This document shows positions 49,847-63,570 of a DNA stretch of 64,000 nt, piece by piece. Both the position numbers and the translations under genes were made by a program. This DNA comes from Oikopleura dioica (Eukaryota; Animalia; Chordata): assembly GCA_907165135.1 (NCBI GenBank), contig OU015569.1:5580001-5644000 (forward strand). Reading direction: 5' to 3'. The number at the start of each line of letters is the position of its first letter. The stretch's first letter is position 1. The notes below the pieces were generated by a model, which made no database searches, was not told where the DNA came from, and saw only the letters and a program-made list of their open reading frames with translations.

Positions 49847-51700
49847 ATGGAGACAGGTATTTACCAGAAAATAGAAGATAATCGAGTACTTTTTATGTCG
49901 AAAATTATTCTCAAAGTATGGTTTGTGTCCCTTGGGCACATAGCCGACATAATATATCATTAATAGAATTGAGTTTGCGATCATTATCAATATCCAAACT
50001 CTCTTTTTATACTTTTTAATTTAGAGAATCCGAAAAGTTTTCGTTTTATGATTGTCACAGGAAAAGTTTTATCTTTGAATCTTCACTTGCTGATTACTAA
50101 GAAAGAACTTGAGCAAGAAATCACACTCCTTGTGATTGGAATTATTATCAACCTGTCTATTCTGGATTTTCTCTTCGGCATAACAGGCAGGATACGATTG
50201 CACTTGAATAGACGAGCATTCAGTTGGATAAAGAAATCGTGAAAAGAACTTTCTCGGAAGCGGTTAAAAGCAGATCCAATTCGCAACGAAAGTCACGTGA
50301 TATTATTTTTGAAGAATTTGGCTGTGGCCGACTCGCTCTTTATCATTGCGATGTTGTTTAGGAATGGGTGAAAATTGAGAAAAAATTGTTATTACCGGAG
50401 CTTTTTCACTCATTCCTAGAACGTTCAAAAGTTGGAGTTTAGGCGTTACGTTTTGCAAAGCAATTACTAGCATCGATGTAGGCTGGTGTTCTCCATATCA
50501 ATACAAAATATAGAAAACGTGGGAAAACGCACGAAAGCCTTTCAAACGATATCGATATTTTTCGTTGGAATAATCGCTACTGACCGGTTGGTGCGCACGA
50601 CAAGGCTGCTCCCTATGAACACGCCGTTCATCTACAGAATGCGGAGAATTGTCGCAGGCTTTGTTTGGTTACTGTTGCTCTGTGGCAAAGTGTTTCAAAC
50701 TTTTTACAATTGGTAGTATTGAGTATGAGTTGAAACGCGCGAAGTTCTTCCTTCATTTGGCAAATCACTGATGTTCGCGAAGACCGCGAGGGCCAGTTGG
50801 CTGGAACTGATGTGAATAAAACAGGTCTGCACTGCGGACTATATTTCGACATGTGGGCCAACGCGACTGAAAGATATGAGCAGTTTCAAGCGAGTGGAAT
50901 AAATGATACGAAGGAACAAATTGTCCGTGAGATTGAGCAAGAAGGAAGACGTAAATTTATGTGGACAATGCTCATTGTTGGCTTGATTGAAAGAAGTTCG
51001 CAATATTCTCAAAATATCTGCTAGGAATTCCCGTTTTTTTTTTCAAATTGAGAGCTCCTAAAAGGGCCGGGACTGTGGTTCACGATTTGTTACACAAAAA
51101 TTGGATACGATATTCGCCGCCACTCTTTGAAGAGTACTCGCACTTCAACTCATAAACTGGTCAACAACACTATTCAGGTGTCTTCTTCGATAATGCTTTA
51201 TAGATATTAATTTGGTAGAACATGACAACAATTGTCGCTGCGTTTTTATTCACGTGGACTCCTTTCTATACGATCCGGTTAGGTCAGAGTGACAAAAACC
51301 AAAATGAATTTACTATTTATAAGTATACCATGCATGATATATTCCGCGTAATTGTAAAACTCTGTCTCAGCGTATGAGTACGATCAGCACAGCATCGATG
51401 GGCCCTTAGAGATCATCTACGAAGCTGCCTTTAAGATAACGTGAGTCACAAGCTTCAATCATATTCGTCAATGAAAAATTCATAGGGAGCTTCTTGCGGC
51501 AACGAATATGATTGTTATAAATCCAGTACTGTCGTTAGTGAATGACTCCAGATTGCGCGAAAAATTTCTGCATAGACACAAAAGTACCTATGGCAAGGTT
51601 GAATCTCATATTTCATTTTCCTCTGTTATTAACGTGCAAAACCTCCACAGAACTGTAAAGAAGATTTTCGTCAGAAATGGCACTGTAAGTTCTGTAGACA
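49847..51700 (+). CDS. Class A (rhodopsin-like) GPCR (boundaries approximate)
   Basis: NLAVADSLFII (TM2), FCK (extracellular Cys), IIATDR (DRY position), FLFTWTPFY (TM6), several hydrophobic exons. Confidence 0.62.
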
Positions 51701-52480
51701 TTTAGCGCTCTGTTTTTTGACTGTTGCTTTGATCAAAGTTGAGCTCTCTTTAAGAAGGGCTCATTTTAATGACTGCATACCGGAAAGATATCATTAGTTA
51801 GCCCTGATTAGACTGTGAACACGATTGATGACTCGCTACACGGATCGCCAGATAATGTACGCTCTGAAGTGACAAACAATACACTTTTATCGGAACCCAC
51901 GCCCCAAGAAGTCTCGACCAAGCTCATTCTCGTTCCAAAATAATCTACAATGCTACATCTTTGCGATACTGGGCGCGGCAGATGCGCCAACTGAGTCAGT
52001 GACTTTGTTCTGCCATTTGTCGAGACTTTCTTCAAAATAAAACTACACATAGTTTAGGATCTGTTTTCTCGTTGCAGCTTCTCCCGATCACTCAAAGATT
52101 AAGACATTGATCGATCATCTGCAGCGGAGGTGGAGCTTCGCTCCGAGGGCATGTCAGCAATGTCTCTAGAATTAAGCAATTACAGTCGTATAATGGGTAG
52201 TAACAGTGCGTTTGTCGTGACTTGGACGATTAAAAATGTGTAAAGAGTCTTCTCTGAGTTGTTTCATGCAAAGCAATGCTGTTTTGGCCGGTGAAGACGA
52301 TCAAGACCATGTTCGTGTTTATCTGCTGTCTGTGAGTCGAGGCGAAATATGGTGTCCCCTCGACTCCACCAAAAGCCACTTACTCGTGGACCGGCACACT
52401 TGACTCTTTAATTTTTAAGTTTTTAATAATTACGCTCGAAATTCCACAATTATTTTAAACAAGAGACTTTTGAATCCACA

Positions 52481-53275
52481 ATGAACGGGAACGAGGGTGG
52501 ACATTACAGATCCTTGTCGGCTTTTGTGGGATTAGAGAACCACCTCCAGTCATTTGACATGGTAAGAGAAAGTTGGAATGCGCACAAGATTAAAATGATT
52601 CGAGACACCGATGAGTACTTTCTTTCAAAACCTGGGCGATCGAACTTGGGGAGCAAATACATTGGGCAATGTTGGCGGCGGCAATTCAGCTGTGCTCGGC
52701 GGCACGTCTGTCTCACATGCTCCTTCTTCTTTCAGCGAGGCACATAGTCCCTTAGGATCAACGGGAGGCTTTTCTATGGACGACTTCAGTAGCCACTTTG
52801 GTCAAGATGGATCTCTGCCTGCAAGTGTGACTCTGAGCCCACAGTTCAAAACAAGGGTAAACCAGATTCTCACTCAAGTTGGGCTAAACGAGCAAATGCT
52901 GAAAACAAAACCTGTCAAGGAACTGAACAACGTCTTGCGAAATTGCCCGTGAGTTTTTATTTTTTGTTCTATTTCGAGAGGAAGATAACCTCTTTGACCT
53001 AGATATTTGGGCAAGAACGAAATTAAACTTATAAAAGCACGTCGTCGAACTCTAAAGAATCGAGGATACGCGTACAACTGCAGGATAAAAGTAAGTTAAA
53101 TTGAAAAAATGAGACTCAAGCGAGGTCGTAGAGAAACGTGGAGCAGCGAAAACGGCAAAGCCGTCTTCAAATTATCGAAAGTGAAAACGAAGAATTAAGA
53201 AATCGAGTGATGGACCTAGAGGAAGCGCTTGAAATTGATAATATCGGCAGTAAACAAATAGAAAAAAGTTCTTAA
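52481..53275 (+). CDS. Maf-family bZIP transcription factor
   Basis: KPVKELNNVLR (extended homology region), RRRTLKNRGYAYNCRIK basic region, zipper LQIIESENEELRNRVMDLEEAL. Confidence 0.88.
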
Positions 53276-54060
53276 TTATCAAACGAAAAAAAGGAGAAGC
53301 TGAAAGTCGAGCAATGCCGTAAGTGCTGCTCAACATAAATCAAGCTGCCCGCCTTTCAATTGCAAATTTCGAAATGCAGGATCACGTGCACACCACCACG
53401 CGACCGACACACACAGCCGCTTCGACACTCATGCTTGCAACTTTTCTAGTAACCGCAAAACAAGGTTCTATGTTTTCGCATCTAGCAGGAAGTATTCTGA
53501 AACTTGCGAAAACGAATTTACTGCGCTTCTCATGTTCTTTTTACTTACAACTCTAACTCAATGAATAACCAGACTCACTCTATCACTAGAATAACACTGA
53601 TAAAGACAGCGGGAAAAAACTTGATTTGTCAAAGATGAAAATGAATATAAAAAATATCTTCTGGTGAAAATAAACTTTTGATGAAGTTTATTTATGTTGA
53701 AAAATAAATCAGCTTTGATAACAACGAAGAAAACGACGAAATAATAAGTTCTGATAAGCTCATAAGACGTTTTTATATGAATTGAATGACTTTATTTGCT
53801 AGCTTGCTGTTTTTCTCATTCCTAAGAAGTTATCAGTATGCTGCTGAATCACGACAATTAAAATTGTCTTCTCATTATTTTCTTGATGTGTTGAGGGCGC
53901 GAGGGAGCCCAGCGCAAATGACGCTTTCAAACTCATCAAAAAAGACGAAGACGAGAATCAAACTCCAGCTGATTCCTACTAGGAACAAAGTCATACAAGA
54001 TATTCGGAACTAGCATAGAAGCTAAAGACGCTTATTTTTTCTGTAAACTAAGTGGAGAAG

Positions 54061-56402
54061 ATGGACTTCAGAGAAAAAGTAAAAAACGTCATCAATAAGT
54101 CGCGACTCATAAAAGCATTTTCCACGAGACTGAAGACACAAGAGGAAACACGAAAACATCCGCTCACTCGCTCACAATCCGGTGAGTTTAGGAACCTTAA
54201 CTTGAAATGAATCATGAAAAATCTGTACTTTCAAATAATTCTGGTATAGTATTTGGGAGAACCAGTGACAAAATATTTTGGTTCCTACCTAATGATGAAT
54301 GAAAATGGCATTCTCGGGACCAAATCCTGACCTCCTTGTTTCTTGTGCTTATCTGAAAGCCCATGATCTAAGGAGTCGAATGGTATATAACTTAGGGTCT
54401 TAGTCATAGATAATGACGTCATTTTGGTCGAAATAAGGGCCTTATGGGGGAAACCTATGTAGTGCCATAACTTTTTATTGGACTTATTAGTTACGTTGAT
54501 TTTGGGCTCATTCGATAGAGGAACTCAAGATCTAGGTCGGGAGCTATAAACCATGGTTAACCGACCGGTTTCAAAATTTTGACCACGTGGTTTACCGGGT
54601 GGTTGACCGCGATTTTCCCCTCCCGACCTAGATCTCGAGCTGCTCTTTCTAATGAGCCCAAGATAAATATACTTTTATAAGCTCATTTAAAAATTAGAGC
54701 ACTACATAGGTTTTGACCAAAATAGGTAGCCCTATGACGTCATAGTTGATGACTAACACCCCTTACCTATACCATTCGACTCCCCAGATCACGGGCTTTA
54801 AAATAAGCACAAGAAACATGAGGGTCAGGTTTTGGTCCCGAGAATGTCATTTTCATTAATCTAATGTTTGAGAGGAGGCTTTTGTTATACCGTGTTAGTA
54901 TGTTATATAAGCTTCAGTATGCTTCAAATTTTAAACAATTAAACGTAGGATAAGACGAAAAACAGGTCCACTTGAAGAGGCTTACGCTGAATTTCGTATC
55001 TAACCTATTTTCTGCAATTGATAACGATTGCATCGGGCGATAAGAACATGTCCTTTTTGACAGGCCTCGTGTCCACGAATAGATGATCTCGAGAGGGAAA
55101 CTATTCTTCGCAGTGTCCAGCTATTTATCTCGACTTTGAAGAACGGGCGTTTTTGATTGAGTACCACTACTTGGCCTTCGCCTTGGAGCCTCCGTCAAGT
55201 GGTCGGCCTCAGAATTTAGCGATGAAACACATTTCTTTTCGAGTAAATGATTAATTAAGCACGTCTGAGCTCGGAAAGGCTTCCACGAAGACATCGTCCA
55301 GGTTTAAACCTGCCAAGCACTGAATCTAACGACTTTCAAAGAGCAGTCACTGCTATCCACTTAGGAAATGGGCTACTGAACGTTCTTCAAAAACACAACT
55401 AAAAACTTCTCCCTTAGTACCCTTAATAGGATCCGTTGTCCAGCTCAGACGCGTTTTGCAGGTAAGTCTAGCTGCTAGACTCTAGCATCATCTACGAATA
55501 TATTATTAGATGAAGTGAATCTTTAAAACCATCCATAGTATAACGAACTCTCCGATAAAACCCATCGCTTCGCTATAAATGGTTATGACGAACTCGGGAG
55601 AACATTGGCCATTCATTTTGCCCAGAAATGTCCACGGTAATTCAGGAAAAACGTCAATAAGTGACAATCCTTCATATTAACATATTTATATTGATGCTGA
55701 CTGTCAACTAGGAAAAATGCACTGCAAATGATAGAAGTGCTCTCGGAATTCAGCGTCGACTTTGACTTGGGCACGAAGTCGGAAGGAGTCACGGTAAACC
55801 ACTCTCGAAAACAAGTTGATGAGTTTTAGCCGCTCATGCTCGCTGCACAGCGCTTCGACCTCGACGTCTTTATTCCTGCAATTTTGGCAGCAGGAGCCGA
55901 TCCAACTATCTGCGACTACAACGTACGTAGAACAAACATGACCAACTCTGAATAACAACTTTGATTTTCAGGGAGAGACAGTTCTGCATTGGTTAGAAGC
56001 CGGGGGAATCGAAGACGAGCAGGAACAGTTCGAGAAAAAGAGGAGTTCAATTCGTCGAGTGCTAATAAATTCCGGCGCAAAACCGACGACAAAAAATTCC
56101 AAAGGCATCACTTCTGGAGATATAAGAGCCAAATGGCCTAAGCGTCCAGTTCTCTACGACTTCAGCTGTGACGAACAAAGTGATGAAGGTTCATCGTCAA
56201 AGGTCTAGCTCTCGTCACACGTTTTTTAGAGGACTACATCGGCACACTCAAACGGAGGAAGAATCATTCTGAAACAGGGTCAACGGGTGTTCCCGGTCCA
56301 TCCCTGCTCGGCCAACAAAGCGAGCAACAATTCCACGGAGTAATATATGACGAGCTCGATTATTACATGACGCGGTTACAAGAAGAAATCGGCCTTTTTT
56401 GA
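54061..56402 (+). CDS. Ankyrin-repeat protein (start uncertain)
   Basis: Spliced exons give INGYDELGRTLAIHFA, TPLMLAAQ..ILAAGADPTICDYNGETVLHW..LINSGAKPTTKNSKGIT. Confidence 0.72.
54294..54861. mobile_element. Foldback/MITE element, 568 bp, intronic
   Basis: Long imperfect inverted arms (AATGAAAATGGCATTCTCGGGACCAAA / TTTGGTCCCGAGAATGTCATTTTCATT) continuing inward; flanked by TAAT direct repeats. Confidence 0.82.
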
Positions 56403-57298
56403 CACTCAATTTGCGCCCTATTTCCTTTCAAACAAACATGAGCACTACAAAAAGTGATAAGCAGTTTTTGGCCCTCGTGATTTTAATGAAAATAAAGTGA
56501 ACTTTGCCACATAATACCTTGGTAGATGAAGTGATCCTGGATAGTATTACTAATACTGAATAAGTCAAGCTTAGTCTGGAACTGGATCGAGGATAGAAAG
56601 TTACCGTTCATATTTGTGAGATAGACTACGAAGTCCTTTTCGGGATAGCCTACCCAGATTTTCCTTCATAGAAGTTCCAGGAGAGATAGATTAAGGACTT
56701 TTCAGCTGACAACTTGGGAGAGCAGTGTTCCGCTCTGTCAGATGCTAAAGGTAGAATGGTTGTCTCTAATTGCTTCGACGAGATCGCCGATCGAAACTAA
56801 AAAGTTTTTAGTAAAAACGGTTACCCGAAGAAAAGTTACACTTCTCGAGTCTTGCTAGAGTTATTTTTTTTTGGAAAAGTTGGCTCTATCGTGGGTTCCA
56901 GCGAAGATGATAAAGGCGAGATCACCTTTGTTCACATTATTGTAGAATCCGCAGTCATTTCCACAGAGAAAAACAATTAGTGCCATCGAAAAAAGCATAT
57001 TCTATTTAGTGTAAGTATAAAGTTTCAGAAGAGTATCTTGACGAGGAGGGCATTTCGACAAAAAATGTCGAATTAGACTCGTGGGGTTACGCGCTCCGGT
57101 TCGACTCGTGGAGTTGAGAAACTTGGGTTTTCCAGAAATAGGTGGAGCGCCCCGACGTAGGTTTGAAAAAGAGAAAAGTTCTCGGAAATTTCCGTCAAGT
57201 GACTAAGAAGTTGTCCAATAAGCATCCAGAGTCACTTCTAGACATTCCCATTTCTCACTCGAAGCGAAAGAGCTCGATCATTCCAGTCTGAAAGAGAG

Positions 57299-59504
57299 AT
57301 GGACTCAAACGGTTTCAAGTTTTCGCGGCCAAAGACGGAAAACGGCTTCGGTCCGTCGATAATTGAAGTTCTCAATGATGAGGCGGGGATTAATATGAAG
57401 TCCTTGGGAGAACTCGCGAGCAAAGGACCGCTCGGCGAAGGCTGGGTAAGTCATAACTTGCGGACTCTTCGTTGATTTCCTTTTAGAGCGAGGACGAGTT
57501 TTTGCTCTTTGCGGACATCATAACCGACGAGGCCATCTTCTACGGGGAATATTATGGGCCCGACATGGTCATTGGAATTATCAAACGGTTCCTCAAAGAA
57601 AGACCTGGCAAGACCGAATTCCAAGCAGCCTGGCTCTCTCAATTCGTCAGAGAGCTCATGTGGTAAAGCAGTTTCTCCTTCAACGCGTGTCCTATCTCTT
57701 TTTAGTGGCATCGAGAAATACGCAGAGTCTCAATCAGAGAACGAGTATCTGAAGACGCAGCGTCTTCTTGCACGAGTTTTCGACCTTTGGCAAGATGCAA
57801 GGAGCGCCAAGATTCGTCAGGAACTATTCCGGGGAGTGTGCGCTCTTTTCGACGATTTCTGTAAGTTTTTGCCTGAAAACTAAAAACCAACTTGCAAATT
57901 TTAGTCATCAAGAAAGAGCTGAAGCTGCCATCAAAACATCTGGAGTTCATCAAACTAACGATGCTCTTCCAATTGGGCGACAGATACTTGCCAGAGAAAT
58001 CGATGGCGAAGAAAATAGTCGACCTGATTCTTCGTCAAGAGCAACCAGCGCCTGTTCAAGTCTTTGGCTTCAAATTTCTTCAGACTCTATGTGAGTAATA
58101 ATAGCCTAGATTCGGCAGGCTGTGTACATAACCTGGGACAGGGATATGAAAGTTATTTAATTAAGTTTCGTTTTAGCCGCTACGAGGCTTTTAATTTGAG
58201 AACTTTCAGACCCTGACTCAGGTTTTCTACATAGGTTGACGAGCCCGGATTGCAGCGTATCTTCTGGAATTAAATTTAATTTCAGATGCTCAAGGGAAGA
58301 ATACGAAGGAAATCTTCGAGAACTTCGATGAATTCGCAAACTACCTGGAGAAAAACCCTAGTCTTGCGGAACTTTGTCGAAAGTTCCAAACGCTCAGCGC
58401 TTTCGATCTGATTGAAAAAGTCATGATCGGAAAGAAGGAATTTTCCAACGCGTATCTCTCCTTCCAAAGAAAATTTGGGCTCATGATGATCATCATCGAA
58501 GGCTCTGACGAGGTCGACTTCATTCCCATCTTCAAACACGAGACGAAGAGAACAGCAATCAAGCGGAGTAAGAAATATGTAAGCTTGAATGTTATCGATT
58601 TCAATTAAAATCTGTTTCAAGGTCTTCATCAAGTTGGAGATCGAAAGCGAGGAGCTGGGCGGACAAGAATTGACGATTTTCTTCAATAGAAACTCCACCT
58701 TTCATGGAGCGAATACTGAAGATGTGGTCAAAAGAGAAGGGCCTTTTTTCTTCACTGCAGAGAAAGAAAAAAGTTCCTCTTTCGAAACTACAACCGTCAG
58801 TCCAGTTCCCGCCAGTGCAACAAGAGGTATCTGCCTATCCCATGCCTAAAGTTTCAACACAGATTATAGAGTTAAAATACGACTTGGAACCGCACGATCG
58901 AGAATTGGCTCCACTCTGCAGAGGTTTCGAGAGCCAGTTGAAATTGAAGCGGACGCCGGCGAACGACGAAAAGTATGCTTCAATATTTCAACTTTTTTTT
59001 TTCTAATAATTCTTTCAGTTCGATGGAGGAGGCCTCCCCAAGTAAAGTTTCAGGCAAAATAAGAGGCTCAAGAGGCTCGACTCCGGGTGTGCCAGTCGAG
59101 AGCAAGAACAGCTCAGCTGACGTGAACTTGGCGCCTCCTCCGAAAAAGTCAGAGGCAAAGGTTCTCCCAAACTCCGACCTGCCGCCGGAGACGATGGCGA
59201 AGTTGAGAGAGGTAGGATTGACAGACTTTATTCAACTGAAATGATTTCCTTTTAGAAATTCGCAACCATTTCTCAACTCATGCCCCGGGTGGAGGAAAGC
59301 ATCGAAGAAATCGAGTCCGTCAAGAAGCAATTTGACGCGCACTTGGAGCAAAGGGAGAAGGCTCGGGAAGATCTGCGCCGAAATGTGGAAAAAGTGATGA
59401 AGGCCTCCGGGGAGCATATCACAGTGGGCGAGCGTAAGAAGGCGTTGGCGCTGATGTTGAAGGAAATCATGGAGAAACTCATCGCTGACATGACCCGCAA
59501 ATAG
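57299..59504 (+). CDS. Hypothetical multi-exon protein with C-terminal coiled coil
   Basis: A chain of open exons with GT-AG introns from MDSNGFKFSRPK to EIMEKLIADMTRK*. No family recognised. Confidence 0.5.
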
Positions 59505-60608
59505 GAAAACTATAGCGAGCCCAGTTTTACTGCCCATCCATGACCTGCCTTACGTAATAAATAAACGTAATAATAAACAGAATATTTTTACCCAATTTTT
59601 TACCACAAGAAAAAATCACTGCTTCTGGGTGACAATATTTTTATTGACTGCACTGGCAAGGCATTTTCTCGTCAATTTACAGCGTCAATCATGAAAACTA
59701 CAGTACCAACAGTTTTCATGTTGGAAAGCATCATTTTTCGTCATTTTTATTGGTAAAAAATACGGGCTATCGACATCATGTCGGCGACATGACCAAAAGG
59801 CCGACTCTATCCGACCCGACCCGACCATAATTTAGCCATTTTAAAGTGATCCGACCTTAAAAAAATTTGGTCGGCGCCGACCCTAAGTGAAAATCGGTGT
59901 TAACAACGGTGAGAAATGACTGTAGATGTTGAAAAGGTACCTCTCAAAAAAATAATTTTAGACGTGCGGACAAAAAAGGGTGGAAATGTCGAATTAGCGA
60001 CTCATTTAAATAAAGTCTTTGATGATTAGAAACTGCTGAAAATGGGAGACCACAGGGTGAAATCGATGTTCCGCGCTGTCATTGACCATTGAACAATATT
60101 GAAGCTAGCCATTCACTTCTTTCCAGAGACTTCATTCTCAGGGTGAGCACTTTTCGAAGATAGAGAAAAGCGAGTTTTCGTTCTCTGTAAGTATCGATAG
60201 CGTATTGCCTAAAATTGATTGACGAGCGATTACGTCCTAATTGAAGCCATTGCCTATCATCTAAAATAAGAAAAGAGAAAAATAGAGAGATAAAGTTTTT
60301 TCGGCCAAGTTTATAATTGGTTAACTCCTAATCCCCGGATCCGGACGAGGCTGGGTTTATGCAAATATTATCAGCAGATGCTGACGCAAAGATCGAAACG
60401 TTTATCAACAACGGGCGCTTCGTAGTTCAAACCTTCTACACAGATTTTTTCCATTCTTTTTTGTCATTGTAGATTTCGTTGCGTTCATCATAAAGGTTGC
60501 GAAAAGTCAATGAATGAATATTTATTCTGAAAAGAGAACTCTGCGGAAAGTCTGACGAATCTTCTTTTTAGAATTCACTTCAGAGAATAAGGAAGAAGAA
60601 GAATTCAA

Positions 60609-63570
60609 ATGAAGTTACTTCCGGCAATTTTGGCCTCAACCTTAGGTAATCCATGAGCTTATTTGCTTGGAATATCAATTAATTGACTATGGGTAATTTT
60701 TAACGATTTATTGTATCTTTTTTCCTCATGGTTAAAATGAGAATTTTTGATTTGGACTTTTAAAAGATTTCAAATTTTATCTCTTGAATTCTACGCCAAA
60801 ATACCATGATTTAGGGTTTGATGCTGACAGCCCAATGGAAGCAATTCAATTTGCCCATTCCCGAGTTCGAAATGGCTTCGTTTTGCCAGAAATGGAAGAA
60901 ATTAATTTTGCGAACGAACGCCTTCTTGCCGAAACATTCAGTCCATCAAACAGAAACCTAAACGTGCAAGATGCTGTTGAACGATCAAATAATATTACTC
61001 TGGGTTTTTTCCGCCAAGGAAGTTGCGATACTTCCTTTCCTTCGTTAGATGGCAGTTGTAACGCTCCTAACGACCTTGGTAGATCAATGCAGCAGTATAC
61101 AAGGTGGAAATCATTTTACTTTTTTTATAACGCGGATCTGTAGATTAGTACCAGCAGATTACTGCGATGGGCAGCAATCCCCAAGATGCTCCTCACGAGG
61201 ACGACCCCTTCCGAGCGAACGACAAGTCATGATTAGAATGAGAGGAACTAACGGAGCCCCAACTAGAAACCCAGTCGCCTCTTATGCATTCACTGCATGG
61301 GGACAGTTCCTTACCCACGATATCATTCAAACCCCAGATGTTGGCGGAGCGTCTTGTGCCTGCAACGGTAGCAACAATAACTGTAAAGTAATCGACATTG
61401 ATCGACAAACGGATCCAATTCTGACCTTCCCTTGCATGTTCATCAAGCGTTCATCTGGAAAAGTGGGTCAACAGGGTGGAGAAGCCGTTCGAGAGCAAGT
61501 AAATCAGCTTTCTGCATTTATCGACGGCACAGTTGTTTACGGTTTTACTAACAAGCACAAAAATCTCCTTCTCGCTGCGGATGGTATGCATCTTAAAATG
61601 CGAAACAGTCCAAATGGACCTATTCTTCCTGGACTCAACCAGTTTAATGACAATCAGATTAAGAAAGACTTCGCCGCAGCCAATGTTTTCAATGACAAGG
61701 GACATACTCCTCAAGTAGCTGGAGATACTCGAGTTATGGAAAATCCTATTCTGATGAGCTTCCACACTATGTTCGCTCGACTCCACAATCGAGTGGTAGA
61801 CGACCTCGTCAAAGAGAACCCTCAGTGGCAGGCAAGCCGAGTTTTCAACGAAGCAAGACTTTTGTTGGCGCTATTCTCAAACAAATCACTTACAATGAAT
61901 ACCTTCCTATTCTTCTTGGAAGAAATGCAATCAATTTGTTCCCGGGTGTTCGAATGAGCAAAGCTGATAAGCGGCCAGCGAGAACTCGATTTGCTAAAGA
62001 ACCAGATGAAGAAGAAATCATGCAAAGAAATACTGGTTTTGTTCCACCAGCACAAGATAATCCTTCTATTAGACAGGAATTCCTCGTCGCTGGATTCCGA
62101 GTTGGGCACTCTACTGTACCCGAACAACTTCTTAGCGCCAACAGAAATTTGCAGGTTCAAGATCGACGAGATCTCAAGGACAATTATTTCGACCCCGATA
62201 TGTCTATCGAGCATGGACCCGCTGGTTGCATTCGTGGTGCGATGGCTGGAGACTCCAACCGAGTTTCCGGATCATACGCTCAGGCAACGATGAGTCACCT
62301 CTTCAAGCCAAACAACTTCAGGCATGGAACTGATCTTGGATCCATCAACATTGCCGTTAGAAATTAAATAAATAAATTTTGTCTTATCTAATATTCTAGC
62401 GAGGCCGTGAACACGGCGTTGGTAGCTATGAAGCTGTCAAACGATTTTGCATGGGTCACGAAAGCTTCAGACGCCTATACAATGGCAACAACCCTGCCAT
62501 GATCAATGTAAGTGAACTTAGATTGATAAATAGGAAAAAACGTTTATAGGGCTGGAACAACATCCTTCGATTATACGATGACCCCGAGGATGTGGATTTG
62601 TACGTTGGAATCCTAAACGAGCAGAAGATGCCCGGCGCTGAAATCGGCCCCACAGCTGGGTGCATTGTTCTTGAGCAGTTCATTGCCCTGAAACGAGGCG
62701 ATCGATTCTGGCATGAAAATGCCGGGGTGTTCACTGATGCTCAGTTGGCCGAGATTAAGTCCACCACGCTCGCCAAGGTTATTTGCGAGACCATGGAGGA
62801 TATGGAGAGAACAAATAAAAATGTCTTTCTCCGCGCCAACATTCGATTCCAAGGCCAGACAAACAATATTGTGACCTGCGCCAATGTCGGCAAACTCGAC
62901 TTCCGAAGCTGGAGAGTTGAAGAAACTCAGGGACCCAATGATCAGCCAGATCCAGAGACAGCAACTTCAGCGCCACAGACCCAAACAGCGGACCGTGTCG
63001 AATTCGGTTGCAAATTGGTATTTACTTATCGTGATTTTCAACCCTGATTTCAACAACATTAGGTAAATGGCCGGCGACACGGTCTTATTGAATGTGGCCG
63101 AGCTGGCGACTGGACTGATGCTACTCTCGATGATTTAGTCGAACACGTCAAAAGAAGAGGAGGAATCCCAATCCAAGGAAAGCGACAACAAATGGTCAAC
63201 TTGGCTTTGAAGGCTGTCCGACGTATTTCAATCGCAGGAAACAGCCAGGTGAAGAGAACATTTTGAGTTCTTGAATTAATGCTTTGTATTAAGGTTACGA
63301 GTTCCGACAAATTAAAAGGAGTGATCTCACAATTCAACAATCTTCTCGAATTGGACATTTCAGGAACTGGAATTTCGGTGAGAACTCATTCGAATCATCT
63401 GCGTAAATCTTTGTTTCATTTAGTCATTTACAACAGAGACCATCAGCAACAACAATGTGCTCGGAAATGTGAACTTGGAAGGGACTAACGTCAACAACAT
63501 TGATATGGATCTTTTCATGAAGCTGAGAGAGAACCTTGCTCGAGGAAACAAATTCATCTTCTTCGGCTAA
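60609..63570 (+). CDS. Animal heme peroxidase with LRR-like C-terminal extension; contains an apparent frameshift at 61860-61863
   Basis: Signal peptide, DGSCN, WGQFLTHD, AGDTRVMEN, FRVGHS, RGREHG, DVDLYVG, GDRFWHEN. Tail FNNLLELDISGTGIS..LGNVNLEGTNV. Confidence 0.9.

Noticed and set aside
55704-55958. Nested antisense gene (84-aa minus ORF)
   Set aside because: It is the shadow of plus-strand ankyrin exons that splice cleanly in frame.
59760-59910. CCGAC-rich cluster as a transposon end
   Set aside because: I found no convincing TIR pair or TSD; at most a decayed fragment.
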